A stretch of 63,812 bases of DNA, counting the filler, from Octopus bimaculoides (taxonomy: Eukaryota), in NCBI RefSeq assembly GCF_001194135.2. It is 7 parts of 7 records of this genome, joined end to end, with 100 filler letters (N's around TTAATTAATTAA, not from the genome) between each part and the next. Parts side by side here need not be neighbours in the genome. Positions count along the whole stretch, not along the records: positions 1 to 13,340 come from NC_069008.1; positions 13,441 to 26,499 come from NC_069006.1; 5 more parts are not named here. One strand, given 5' to 3'. This document shows positions 9,076 through 21,220 of the stretch, one piece after another. Within the stretch, counting starts at the first letter, position 1. Every line of letters begins with the position of its first letter. The notes beneath the pieces were generated by a model. It was not told where the DNA came from and did not search any database. It saw nothing but the letters and a program-made list of their open reading frames with translations. Position numbers and translations under genes: made by a program.

Positions 9076-10952
9076 CCTCTTAACATATCAATATCTATAA
9101 AACACAAGATGTTTGTGTGTGTGTGTACGTGATGTGGGTTATGCACGTCCACAAATTAGCACGCATGTCGCTCCAATTTTAGGAGGACATTGTTCATGAC
9201 CCTATCTGTGTTTTTGTCAACTTTTTCTCAGAGAGGCACCACGTATAGCTGTAAAAATCGATAAACTTTTACCAATTTTGAAGTTTGTTGACATGGCGAA
9301 GTCAAATCTGTGCGTACGCGCGTGAAGGAGAGAGAAAGGAAGAAAGAAAGAGAGGGAGAAAGAAAGAAAGAGAGAGAGAAAGAAAAAAGAGAGAAAGAAA
9401 GAAAGAGTGTGTTTGTGACANNNNNNNNNNNNNNNNNNNNNNNNNNNNNNNNNNNNNNNNNNNNNNNNNNNNNNNNNNNNNNNNNNNNNNNNNNNNNNNN
9501 NNNNNNNNNNNNNNNNNNNNNNNNNNNNNNNNNNNNNNNNNNNNNNNNNNNNNNNNNNNNNNNNNNNNNNNNNNNNNNNNNNNNNNNNNNNNNNNNNNNN
9601 NNNNNNNNNNNNNNNNNNNNNNNNNNNNNNNNNNNNNNNNNNNNNNNNNNNNNNNNNNNNNNNNNNNNNNNNNNNNNNNNNNNNNNNNNNNNNNNNNNNN
9701 NNNNNNNNNNNNNNNNNNNNNNNNNNNNNNNNNNNNNNNNNNNNNNNNNNNNNNNNNNNNNNNNNNNNNNNNNNNNNNNNNNNNNNNNNNNNNNNNNNNN
9801 NNNNNNNNNNNNNNNNNNNNNNNNNNNNNNNNNNNNNNNNNNNNNNNNNNNNNNNNNNNNNNNNNNNNNNNNNNNNNNNNNNNNNNNNNNNNNNNNNNNN
9901 NNNNNNNNNNNNNNNNNNNNNNNNNNNNNNNNNNNNNNNNNNNNNNNNNNNNNNNNNNNNNNNNNNNNNNNNNNNNNNNNNNNNNNNNNNNNNNNNNNNN
10001 NNNNNNNNNNNNNNNNNNNNNNNNNNNNNNNNNNNNNNNNNNNNNNNNNNNNNNNNNNNNNNNNNNNNNNNNNNNNNNNNNNNNNNNNNNNNNNNNNNNN
10101 NNNNNNNNNNNNNNNNNNNNNNNNNNNNNNNNNNNNNNNNNNNNNNNNNNNNNNNNNNNNNNNNNNNNNNNNNNNNNNNNNNNNNNNNNNNNNNNNNNNN
10201 NNNNNNNNNNNNNNNNNNNNNNNNNNNNNNNNNNNNNNNNNNNNNNNNNNNNNNNNNNNNNNNNNNNNNNNNNNNNNNNNNNNNNNNNNNNNNNNNNNNN
10301 NNNNNNNNNNNNNNNNNNNAAAAACCTTAGGCGCAAATTGAAATCCTGTTATCGATTCCGGTAAATATTGTGAAAATCATTTTAATTAACCTTTTTGGTT
10401 ACTATTTTTTTTTCAATTTTTCCACCGGGTGCGGATCTATATATTAACCACCTTTTTCAGAGATGTCGGATCTTTTTTAAAACGGTGGCCCCCGTTTTAA
10501 AAAAGATCCGAGATGTCTAGTAAATATCTATATTTGAATGAAAATATACGTTCACTGTACTCTGGAGGTATTTGTCACTTATTTCCAACTCCAAATACTT
10601 CGTTCATCTGTAACTTCAAATTTCAGTTAAGCACTTTAGCAAAACCAAGTCTTAATTAACCTCTTAACATATTATACGTTATATTTTCCTTCAGAGACGT
10701 CTAGTAAATATCTATATTTGAGCGAAAATATAAGTTCACTGTACTATGGAGGTATCTGTCACTTATTTCCAACCCCAAATACTTCGTTCGTGAAGTTTTT
10801 CTCGCTTTCTCTCATTAACTATCATTAATTATCGTTTCATATTAAATCAGAACTGATCCGAAATAATTTCTGTACTTATTCTTCCAAAATAAATGATAAT
10901 AAAATATATGTTTTGTATGGAAATTGAAAACAAAAATGTGTATGTTAAGAGG
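9076..10952. mobile_element. piggyBac-type non-autonomous element, rearranged
   Basis: TTAA|CCTCTTAACATAT left ends at 9076 and 10660; inverted TATGTTAAGAGG|TTTAA right end at 10952; a duplicated ~100-bp internal block. The element spans an N gap. Confidence 0.5.
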
Positions 10953-11038
10953 TTTAATGCTGATGATGATGTTTTTTAACGAGGGAGAAGGTGACGATAG
11001 GTGTTAAATAGATGTGAAGAGGAAAACAGTGGGCTTAC

Positions 11039-11123
11039 ACTGGGAACAAATTGAGGAGGCCATCAGCAGCAACCAGAGCCTTTTTGAAGTTTCGAATGTC
11101 CCACAGTTTCAGGGTGTCATCAC
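11039..11123 (-). CDS. WDR70: WDR70 internal exon (WD repeat)
   Basis: (G)DDTLKLWDIRNFKKALVAADGLLNLFP, versus WDR70 GGDD.LKLWDIR.F.K.L....GL...FP. TCTCTTCCAG acceptor, GTAAGC donor; phase 1 to 2. Confidence 0.95.
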
Positions 11124-11375
11124 CTGGAAGAGAACCATATGAAACATTTTTCACTACATTCTTGTTTATATGCACAAATAGATATATACAATATAGATAC
11201 CACACACACACACACACATATATATATAGGCGTAGGAGTGGCTGTGTGGTAAGTAGCTTGCTTACCAACCTCATAAACTTGTTAACCACACAGCCACATT
11301 GGTGCCTCCTCCTCACACATTGACACAAATACACAGAAAGAAGACCAAGGTCATACAGGGTGTAGACTCACTTAC

Positions 11376-11475
11376 CTCCTCTTGAAGCCAGAACTCTCCC
11401 GTCGTATGAAAAGCACAAAGATGTTGTGTCGCTGCCCTTCATGTGTGCATTCCTGTTCAGCATGCACGTGCTCAC
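11376..11475 (-). CDS. WDR70: WDR70 internal exon (WD repeat)
   Basis: VSTCMLNRNAHMKGSDTTSLCFSYDGRVLASRG, versus WDR70 AH..G.DTS...FSYDG..LASRG. TTTCTCCTCAG acceptor, GTAAGT donor; phase 0 to 1. Confidence 0.95.
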
Positions 11476-11602
11476 CTGAGGAGAAAGAAATGCAGTGGGA
11501 TTAGAGAGGTGGTGGTAGTGTTGTGATGTACTGGGTTAGAGGTGCGTGTGTCTCTTCAACCACATATGGGTGTATGTATATGAGTGTGTGTGTGTATATA
11601 TA

Positions 11603-11918
11603 CATCATCATCATCATCGTTTAACGTCCGCTTTCCATACTAGCATGGGTTGGACGATTTGACTGAGGACTGGTGCAACCGGATGGCTACACCAGGCTCC
11701 AATCTAATTTGGCAGAGTTTCTACAGCTGGATGCCCTTCCTAACGCCAACCACTCAGAGAGTGTAGTGGGTGCTTTTACGTGTCACCCGCACGAAAATGG
11801 CCACGCTCGAAATGGTGTCTTTTATGTGCCACCCGCACAAGAGCCAGTCCAGGGGCACTGGCAACGATCTCACTTGGCTTGCCGGGTCTTCTCACGCACA
11901 GCACATTTCCAAAGGTCT
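11603..11918 (-). mobile_element. SINE/LINE 3' tail with (GAT)n end
   Basis: Inverted near-identical copy of 1191-1413. Confidence 0.75.
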
Positions 11919-12232
11919 CAGTATATATATATATATATATNNNNNNNNNNNNNNNNNNNNNNNNNNNNNNNNNNNNNNNNNNNNNNNNNNNNNNNNNNNN
12001 NNNNNNNNNNNNNNNNNNNNNNNNNNNNNNNNNNNNNNNNNNNNNNNNNNNNNNNNNNNNNNNNNNNNNNNNNNNNNNNNNNNNNNNNNNNNNNNNNNNN
12101 NNNNNNNNNNNNNNNNNNNNNNNNNNNNNNNNNNNNNNNNNNNNNNNNNNNNNNNNNNNNNNNNNNNNNNNNNNNNNNNNNNNNNNNNNNNNNNNNTCTT
12201 GCTGAACAACCACACAGATGATTTGTCTATAA

Positions 12233-12464
12233 GGTGACGAGCTGGCAGAATCATTAGCACACCAGGTGAAATTCTTAGCGGTATTTCGTCAGACGTTACG
12301 TTCTGAGTTCAAATTCTGCCGAGGTCGACTTTGCCTTTCATCCTTTCAGGTTCGATAAATTAAGTACCAGTTTCGCACTGGAGTCGATGTAATCAACTTA
12401 ATTCCTTTGTCTGTCCTTGTTTGTCCCCTCTATGTTTAGCCCCGCTGTGGGCAATAAAGAAATA
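12233..12464 (+). mobile_element. tRNA-derived SINE with MetaSINE-like central domain
   Basis: GAGCTGGCAGAA..TTAGCAC head, B-box-like GAGTTCAAATT, and central GAGGTCGACTTTGCCTTTCATCCTTT..GG.TCGATAAATTAAGTACCAG. At least 10 copies occur in the window. The family name comes from recalled consensus, not a search. Confidence 0.75.
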
Positions 12465-12989
12465 CGATGACTTGTCTATAGTGATCAAATGTTTGTGTAG
12501 ACATAAGCTCACCCTCTCCATCAAACTGACATTACCTGTACAGGTAGAATGGGTGCCATATGTCAGATGATGAAATGACCGCAGAGCAATGTGAAATGAA
12601 GTGCTTTGCTCAAGGACACAATGTAATGCCCAGTCTGGGAATTGAACTCACGATCTCAAAATCATGAGTGCAACACCTTAACCACCAAACCATGCACTTT
12701 ATATATACATATATATATTTCACTTCGGCATTGTGAGACCAATAACCTGGTGTAGAAATCAATATATATATATATATATATATGTTTCAGAACAAAGTGT
12801 TGGCTGAGTATAGCGCAGTAACAAGAAATAGAGATGCCAAATGAATAAATGATTATCTTATGAACTGCATTAGCTTACAGCTGTTTCTGCTACGAGATGC
12901 AGTGGACTCATAATTGAGTGCTGAGTAACACCTTATAGCTTCATCAGAACGGTGAACATTAAGTGCAGTTCTGTTCTATATTTTAGAGA

Positions 12990-13195
12990 CGAGGAATTAT
13001 TTACATTATTTACATTGGACGGATAGGTGTCCTCATCTTGTTTGTTGTTACCAATGTTTTGGCTGGTGTACTCATTAGTCAAATAAAGAGTTGAGTTCAA
13101 AATTCCAGTAGGACACCTGAAGAAGGCTGGAGAGTACATCAGCCGAAATGTTGTGGTGAGGACACCGGTCTGTCCAATGTAAATAGTTAATTGCA
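12990..13195. mobile_element. Penelope-like element terminal-repeat remnant in inverted arrangement
   Basis: 12995-13075 is the reverse complement of 13131-13190 (GAGTACA.CAGCC.AAA...GAGGACACC..TC.GTCCAATGTAAATA); the region contains a hammerhead-like motif. Confidence 0.6.
13114..13155 (+). ncRNA. Minimal hammerhead ribozyme-like motif (degenerate)
   Basis: CAC-CTGAAGA-A-GGCTG-gagagtacat-CAGCC-GAAA-TGTT-GTG: 3-bp stem I, 5-bp stem II. The stem III palindrome ACGT is altered to ATGT. Confidence 0.5.
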
Positions 13196-14164
13196 GTTTA
13201 TTTGGGAAAGAATTACATTTGTGCCTAGAGAGGAAATTGCATCAACAATGAGAAAAGTTAATTTATAAGAGAAGTGTATGTCCAAAATGAGAGGAATAGA
13301 GAGAAAGAAAAAGAGGTGATAGGATGGAGATGAGGCAAGANNNNNNNNNNNNNNNNNNNNNNNNNNNNNNNNNNNNNNNNNNNNTTAATTAATTAANNNN
13401 NNNNNNNNNNNNNNNNNNNNNNNNNNNNNNNNNNNNNNNNCAATCTCTTTTAGATAACTGGGAAGAAGAGTTACCTATATAAAAAAAAGACATCAGTACC
13501 TGAAGTAATTTTACATTGGTATATAGAATTTTTAATTTTAGAGTTACTTGACATAAACTTCTGTTGGAATTGACTTCAGTGCTCCAGCATGACCGCAGTC
13601 AAATGACTGAAACAAGTAAAAGAATATATATATATATATATATATATATAGGGAGAGAGAGTGGGGAGAAGGAATTTAGATAAATTTTTGGACAGATATC
13701 AATTGATGTTCAGAGATGGATTGACATAGATGTGCTGTGTGTGCATAGTACGTATTATATGAAAACATAGTACTTGTTCATAGAGAAGATGGATAAGTCT
13801 GTAGAGACAAGTTGATTAGCTGTTCAGAGACGGATGAGGTTATTAAAAGACAGGGAGATAAGAGGCTACGACTGTGGAAGCGGAGGTGGGGATGGGTGGG
13901 GGGTAAACCGAGTGCAGTGTGACTGGTGTAGAGAATTCAAACAGCGACAAGACAGATATGCACTTATACATACAGCTGAGTCAGCTGACAGTTGCACTAA
14001 GGGAGTGGGTGGAACAGGCAGATGGACCGGCAGACAGACAGACAAACAGCAAGAGGCAGTGAAGTTAGGAGATGAGTGACAGGAAGGTAGGGAGAGCCCT
14101 TTGTTTTGGTACAAATATGCTGGATGGGAGGTGGGGGGTGTCAGTAGCTATGTACAGGTGATAT

Positions 14165-14610
14165 AACCAGCTGGGTAATGGTATAAACAGATGGTGGTTA
14201 TACCATTCACACAGCATAGACAGCTGGGTGGTGGTATAGACAAATGCTAGATAATAGAATAAATGGTGTAGATAGGTGATGGGTGGTGATATATACAGAC
14301 AGCTGGTTGTTGTTAGCCAGACAGGTGGTTAGTGATATAGATAGCTGGGTGGTTATATAGACAGCTGAGTAGTTATATAGACAGCTGAGTAGTTATATAA
14401 ACAGCTGGGTGGTTATATAGACAGTTGGGTGGTTATATAAACAGCTGGATGGTTATATAGACAGCTAAGTAGTTATATAGATAATAGGGTGGCTATATAA
14501 ACAGCAGGGCAGTTATATAGACAGTTGGGTGATTATATAGAGAGCTGAGTAGTCATATAAACAGCTGGGTGGTGATATAACTACACAGGTGACAAGAGGT
14601 GTAGACAGCT
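14165..14610 (+). repeat. 20-bp minisatellite array (ACAGCTGGGTGGTTATATAG)
   Basis: Exact 20-bp phasing is visible from 14341 to 14580, with degenerate units on both sides. Confidence 0.85.
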
Positions 14611-14931
14611 GGGTTTTGGGGGTGTTGTTTTATCACTATTAATTAGTATCTAAACAAAAGCAGCAAGCTGGCAGAACTGTTAGCATGCCAGACAAAATGC
14701 TTAGTGGTATTTCTTCTGGGGTTTTAGGTGCTGTGTTCAAATTCTGCTCAGGTCAGCTTTACCTTTTATCCTTTTGGGGCCAATAACTTAAGTACCAGTT
14801 GATCACTAGGCTTGATCTAATCAGCTAATTAATCCCGTTCTAGAATTTCAAGCCTTGTGCCTGTAGCACAAAGGATTGGTTATTGTATATGTGAGATTAC
14901 CATTTTGTACAAACCGGGAGGGCGTAATACA

Positions 14932-15140
14932 GGTGAGCTGGCAGAATCGTTAGCATGCTGGGCAAAATGCTTAGCAGCATTTTGTCTGTCTTTATGTTTT
15001 GAGTTCAAATTCCTCCGAGGTCAACTTTGCCCTTTATCTCTCTCCAGATCAATAAAATAAATACCAGTTGAACACTGGGGTTGATGTAATTGCTTTAACT
15101 CCTGTCTGGAATTGCTGGCCTTGTGCCATAATTTGAAACC
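14932..15140 (+). mobile_element. MetaSINE-like SINE, CpG-decayed; a second copy lies at about 14660-14880
   Basis: Same head and central domain as 12233-12464. Confidence 0.7.
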
Positions 15141-15599
15141 AGTATATGTAGTATCAAACAGAGGCTGTGTTGTTATGTTAACACTAGAGGATGTTTTTTT
15201 GAGATCTTTTATGAAGAAAGTTAAGGAGTAAAGGGTAGCACAACACTATCTACCTGTTTATCTATATCACTTCCTACCAGTCTGTCTATATTACTTATCC
15301 ACCTGTCTACACAACTACTTACCAGTCTGTCTGTATCATTATCACCTGTCTGTTTATACTACATTCCATCTGACTAGCTATTATGCAATCTACACATGTG
15401 TGTGTCTGTCTACATCACGACTCACCTGTCTGATTCATGACATATCTCTTGCTCTCTCTCACAACTATGATCTACAACATTGGACTGTACAGTGATTTGG
15501 ACACCTGTCTCTGAACCATGTCATATCTACCTGTCTGTCCATACCACATCTACCTATAATGCTCCCAGCTTGTCTCTCTATATCACCCTCTAGTTTATT

Positions 15600-16180
15600 T
15601 CACAAGCCAGCTGTTTAAGTCATCAGCCAAATACCTATTATACAAACCAGCTGTCTATACCACCAGCCAGCTGTTTATACCAACAACCAGCCAGCTGTCT
15701 ATACCACCAGCCAACTGTCTATACCATCAGCCAGCTGTTTATACCAACAACCAGCTGTCTATACCACCAGCCAGCTGTTTATACCAACAACNNNNNNNNN
15801 NNNNNNNNNNNNNNNNNNNNNNNNNNNNNNNNNNNNNNNNNNNNNNNNNNNNNNNNNNNNNNNNNNNNNNNNNNNNNNNNNNNNNNNNNNNNNNNNNNNN
15901 NNNNNNNNNNNNNNNNNNNNNNNNNNNNNNNNNNNNCATCAGCCAACTGTTTCTACTACCAACCAGCTGTTTATACCACCAGCCAACTGTCTATACCATC
16001 AGCCAGCTGTTTATACCAACAACCAGCTGTTTATACCAACAACCATCTGTCTATACCACCAGCCAGCTGTTTATACCAACAACCAGCTGTGTATACCACC
16101 AGCCAGCTGTTTATACCAACAACCAGCCATCTGTTTAAAACATCATCCAGTTGTCTATACCATCACCAGCTAGCTGTACA
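15600..16180 (-). repeat. 20-bp minisatellite array, inverted relative of 14165-14610
   Basis: Minus-strand unit ACAGCTGG(C/T)TG(G/T)TGGTATA(G/A), 17/20 identical to the first array's unit; interrupted by an N gap. Confidence 0.85.
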
Positions 16181-17224
16181 GCTATTAAGTGAGTTAATGA
16201 ATGTGTTAATGAATAGCTAACAGACTACATGTGTTGACAATTCCAAAAATTAATTTTCTGTGTCAAATCTGTTATTAAGAGTAGATAAATATACAGCAGC
16301 TGACCAATCAAGACCTCCACTGTTATGAATAAGTAAATAAATTAATAAAAATATGGGCCTGTATCCCTATGTATTATATTTTTATTGTTTAGTCAGAAGG
16401 GAAGGCAGTGCCTCTCATCTTTTACAGGGTTTTCAAGACCAGAAGGAGGGAAGAAGGAAAGTACCTCAAACAGAGAAAAAAAACTGGGCCTAAATGCTAA
16501 CAACAGAATATACTTCTTTGAAGGCAAGCAATGCAATAATTCTGCATGGTTACAGAGCTGTTACAGCCCATTCACTATTGGTGACATGACAGAGAAGATT
16601 TTATATTTATTGTCTTCACAGTGTTTACCGTTTTACAAAATCAAACTAGAAAACTGGACAAAACAGAAAAGATTAAAAAGAAGAAAAAAAAAAGGGCTGA
16701 CGTTTTTTATTATTTTTTTTTACAGAATCCCCCATTTTCAAGTACGGAGATTCTGATCCTGCAAAAAAATAAAAATAAAATAAATAAAATAAAATAACNN
16801 NNNNNNNNNNNNNNNNNNNNNNNNNNNNNNNNNNNNNNNNNNNNNNNNNNNNNNNNNNNNNNNNNNNNNNNNNNNNNNNNNNNNNNNNNNNNNNNNNNNN
16901 NNNNNNNNNNNNNNNNNNNNNNNNNNNNNNNNNNNNNNNNNNNNNNNNNNNNNNNNNNNNNNNNNNNNNNNNNNNNNNNNNNNNNNNNNNNNNNNNNNNN
17001 NNNNNNNNNNNNNNNNNNNNNNNNNNNNNNNNNNNNNNNNNNNNNNNNNNNNNNNNNNNNNNNNNNNNNNNNNNNNNNNNNNNNNNNNNNNNNNNNNNNN
17101 AATCTCCGTGCTCGAAATCGGGGGGGTTTCTGTAAAAGAACAAAAAAAAAACAAAACGAAAGGGTCCACATTCATTACATCCGCCGAAAGAAAAAGGAAA
17201 AACAACAACAACAACAACAAAAAA

Positions 17225-17470
17225 CCCAAACAATTCACGACCTTGGGTTGAAAAGTTAGGCAGTCTTTCCGGTGGGGCTGATGCGATGGAACAGCCAAGC
17301 GCCTTCACGAACCTCACCATTTACCTCTGCAAGGGGAGTTGCCAGTGAAGACAGGAACCTCGCAGTTAGTGGTCCGACCCCACCAAACATCTCGAACGCC
17401 ACAGGATGGTTGTTCTTGCAGAGATGGTTTTATATGAAGTTGTCGGATTTCAATTCACTGTCGTCATTTC
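17225..17470 (-). mobile_element. CRE-like non-LTR retrotransposon 3' fragment (RLE C-terminus)
   Basis: HLCKNNHPVAFEMFGGVGPLTARFLSSLATPLAEVNGEVREGAWLFHRIS resembles the P.A.E..G..G...L.....L......LF.R.S C-terminus of CRE-type elements. Confidence 0.55.
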
Positions 17471-17556
17471 AGATCTATTTACTTTCGTTTTGTATGTTTA
17501 ACCTAGACCTTCACCAGTAATTCACAGATATTTATAGCTTCATCAATTAGGGTTAA

Positions 17557-17590
<34 letters not shown>

Positions 17591-18227
17591 GATTAAAAAC
17601 AAAATGGAAAATGAAACTAAAAAATAGTATAATCCGTTTAATAACTAATTTGTTAATTAATAACTGTTTGTATTGCTTTTTGGTCCCTGTTTTCTTATCG
17701 TTATTGTTGATAGTGTGTGTTTTATATTTGGATAAAAATATATTTTCACTTGTTGACATGACAGCGAGTGAGTGTATGTATATGTGTGTGTGTGTGTGAG
17801 AGAGAGTTTATGTGTGAGTGTGAGTTTGTGTGTGAATTTCCATTTATATCTGTAAATTAAGAGTCTGTGAGTCTGTATAAATGTATGTCTGACTTTGTAC
17901 GTATGTATCTGTGCGCGTATGCGCACTTGTACGTTTTGCTTACTTTTTCTCCAGCCGTACCAGTTATATAACACGGTTAAGGCAAAACACGTTTACGCCT
18001 CAAAAGAAAGTCACCTCTTTTAGTGCCTTATTTCGTTGAGTCTTGCAACCTGTTCGATGAAGAGGTTGCAAGACCCAACGAAAATTTTAGAATAAATAAA
18101 TAAGTAAATGAATGGAAATCGAACCGGTGTGTGTGTGGGTAGTGTATTTTTTAATGTGCATTTGTATACATACATATAAACATTTGTGTGCGTGTATATT
18201 ATTTTGTTTTATTAGTAAGACGCATCT

Positions 18228-18410
18228 TTAGCACGCCGGGCGAAATACTTAGCGGTATTTCGTCTTCCGGTGTGATCTGAGTTCAAATTCCGCCGAGGTC
18301 GACTTTGCCTTTCACCCTTTCGGGGTCGATACATTAAGTAGATTAAAATGTAATCTACTAGTCCCCTCCTCCCAAATTTCAAGGCCTTGTGCCTTCGGTA
18401 GAAAGGACTA
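18228..18410 (+). mobile_element. MetaSINE-like SINE, CpG-intact
   Basis: AGCACGCCGGGCGAAA...GAGTTCAAATTCCGCCGAGGTCGACTTTGCC. Confidence 0.75.
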
Positions 18411-21181
18411 TTAGATGCATGTGTGTGGATTTGTCTTTTAATTCACGAATCTCCAGATTATGCTTGCGAAGGCATTCGTGAATTTATACACAGAGATATA
18501 TATAAACATCTCTCTCTCACTGTAATGATATGAGCTTAAATTATGCAGTAAATATACTCCANNNNNNNNNNNNNNNNNNNNNNNNNNNNNNNNNNNNNNN
18601 NNNNNNNNNNNNNNNNNNNNNNNNNNNNNNNNNNNNNNNNNNNNNNNNNNNNNNNNNNNNNNNNNNNNNNNNNNNNNNNNNNNNNNNNNNNNNNNNNNNN
18701 NNNNNNNNNNNNNNNNNNNNNNNNNNNNNNNNNNNNNNNNNNNNNNNNNNNNNNNNNNNNNNNNNNNNNNNNNNNNNNNNNNNNNNNNNNNNNNNNNNNN
18801 NNNNNNNNNNNNNNNNNNNNNNNATACATACACACACACACGCACACAGTCAGCCAGTCATCCATACATACACATTCATTTTTCACGGAACATATAAGTT
18901 CTACAATAAACACGGTGGACAGCCATAGTACCCCTCTTACATAGCATGAACTTAACTTTGAAAAAAAAAAAATGCTCCCAAAATTAAGTTCTGTAACCTA
19001 GTTAATTGCACACGCAAACACCTTTGCCTTGATAAAATCCAAATAGTCTGAAAGCAAAATGCTCAAACAGAAATGAGATGCACAAGGCAAATAAGGAAAA
19101 TCATCCGATTTAAATATTGAACACACAATACAAAACACATATATATACACACGCACCGTCCTTGCTATCACCATCATCAAAACTGCTCGAAATAGCAGCC
19201 AAATCTCCTACACACAATATCGGTTTAAACACAGTAAAACATGTTAGACAATATAGTCCTAGATATATTAGTGTCCGAAAGAAATATAAATAAATAAAAA
19301 GAAAGAAAGACGGGTTGATCATAGCTGGAATAATTTTGATCACAGGTCTTCTCAGCCAGGGCTAACCTAGGGCTAAATAACATAATTTTGAAAGATTTTG
19401 ATTGTTTACTTTTTGGAAGATCATCAACACGAAAAAAAAAAATTTGACCTTTTTTTTCATATATATTTTTGAAATTTTTTCAGCTGATTCCTGTTTTCGG
19501 TGACGGAGATACTAATTATGCCAAAAACCATGTTTTCAAAATTTTCAATTCGTCCCCCCTCCTCAAACATTAACCAATATTTGAAACGATAATAACTTTG
19601 ATGACGACGATGATGATGATGATGTGTGTGTGTTTGTGCGAATGTATTGTGTGTATTTGGATGTGTTCGTGTGGTGTGTGTGTTTCTGCTGTGTATGTAT
19701 GTGTGTGAATGTTTGTGTGTGTGTGTGTTTCTGTTGTGTGCATGCGTATGTTTGTGTGTATGTATTTGGTTTCACGTTTGTGTTTGGATGGTTCTGTATG
19801 TGTTTGTGTTTTGTGTGTGTGTGTGTGTGTGTGCATGCGTGTTTTCCTCTCGTGTGTGTGCTTGTTTATGTTTTATGCTTGTGTATCCTACATGGAGGGA
19901 ACACATCCTTCTACTTACCAATAAAATTAAAAAAACTAAAACAAATAAAAACCGGAAGAAACAATAAAAATCATAAACGACGAACATAAATAAAATAAAA
20001 AGCATGATTTTCTTTTAAAAAATGTTTTCCCTTAATTACCCAAACGAAGCACGCCGCACCCCTCCACTGTGTGTGAAGAGACAGTGCTGCAGCTAACAAC
20101 GTGCGAGATCCAGATAGACAAGTTGGACTTAGACAAAAACGAAAACCCAACAGAGAGAGAGAGAGAACTAGACAAACTGGTTGTTGTGTTTGAAGGGGAG
20201 AGGGGTGCATTTCTTTTCTTTTTCTTTTTTTAATCTAATTTTGACAAAATTTAGTGAGAGGAAGGAGTGATAGTGATGGTGGTGGTGGTTGTAGAGACGA
20301 TGATAATGTGGTGTTGGTGATAGGGATGTTAGTACTGATAATTAGTTCTGACGAAATTTTATCAAATTTGAACCTAAGTTCCTACAATAGCAACAACAGA
20401 AATAACCAAAAAAACCAAAAACCAACGGCAACAAAAAAAAAAACCCCAAAACAATGCGAAGTAATACACAAAAAAAAAAAAAAAAAATAATAATAGTACA
20501 TTTTGTTTTCAGCAGAACAGCTATTTCAACAAACAGTTTATATCTATTAAATATATTCAACCAATATTTTATTGGTTGAGTATAATTAACTGACAAAACG
20601 AGATAGTAACTGCGAATTTTGGATGGTGATAATGATGATGATGGTAATGAAGCCGATGACGAGGGCACTGCAATGGTGGGGGTGATTGCGGTAACATAAA
20701 GGCCAAAATAATTCTGTCGAAGTAAATAATAACAATATATATTTTTTATTTCTTCCTTATTCGCCAACGTTCTGATTTCGGGATCAAATTAAACTCTGCC
20801 GGTAAACTTTCGCCCTTCCGGGTTCGATAAAAATCAAGCAAAGCACCTATTAAAAACACAAGGGGTCAGTGTAGTCGACTTAACATTCCACACCACTACA
20901 ATCTATCCTAAAATTGCTGGCCCTGTGCTGAAACTTGAAATCGTTGTTGTTAAATATTATTGCATGCTGCTTCGAAGAACTTGCTGCATGTAAGCAGCGA
21001 GTGCCGGTATTGCTGAGGCAAGCCGAGGCGACATGAACGTTGTGTATATAACCTGTAACTTCTTGCATTCAACACCAACAACAGCATTTAAAGCATCGCA
21101 AAACCTTTCACTGCCTAAACACCGCATCTTAGGGTTACTTGATAGACATGATAAAGCTATCCAGATGCAGATAGATGAATG

Positions 21182-21220
<39 letters not shown>

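Noticed and set aside
4708-11375. Complementary (AC)n/(GT)n intron-bridging repeats as described in fish introns
   Set aside because: The WDR70 introns do not show complementary repeat pairs at both ends.
13385-13396. TTAATTAATTAA inside N runs (six times: 13385, 26544, 46735, 54231, 60918, 62494)
   Set aside because: The identical 12-mer centred in 100-bp N blocks is an assembler pad with stops in all frames, not biology.
14165-16180. CRISPR-like repeat array
   Set aside because: The units are contiguous with no unique spacers, the context is eukaryotic, and no cas genes are present.
20957-21114. Minus-strand ORF SERFCDALNAVVGVECKKLQ as an exon
   Set aside because: Weak polypyrimidine tract and donor, phase incompatible with the candidate first exon, and no recognisable family.
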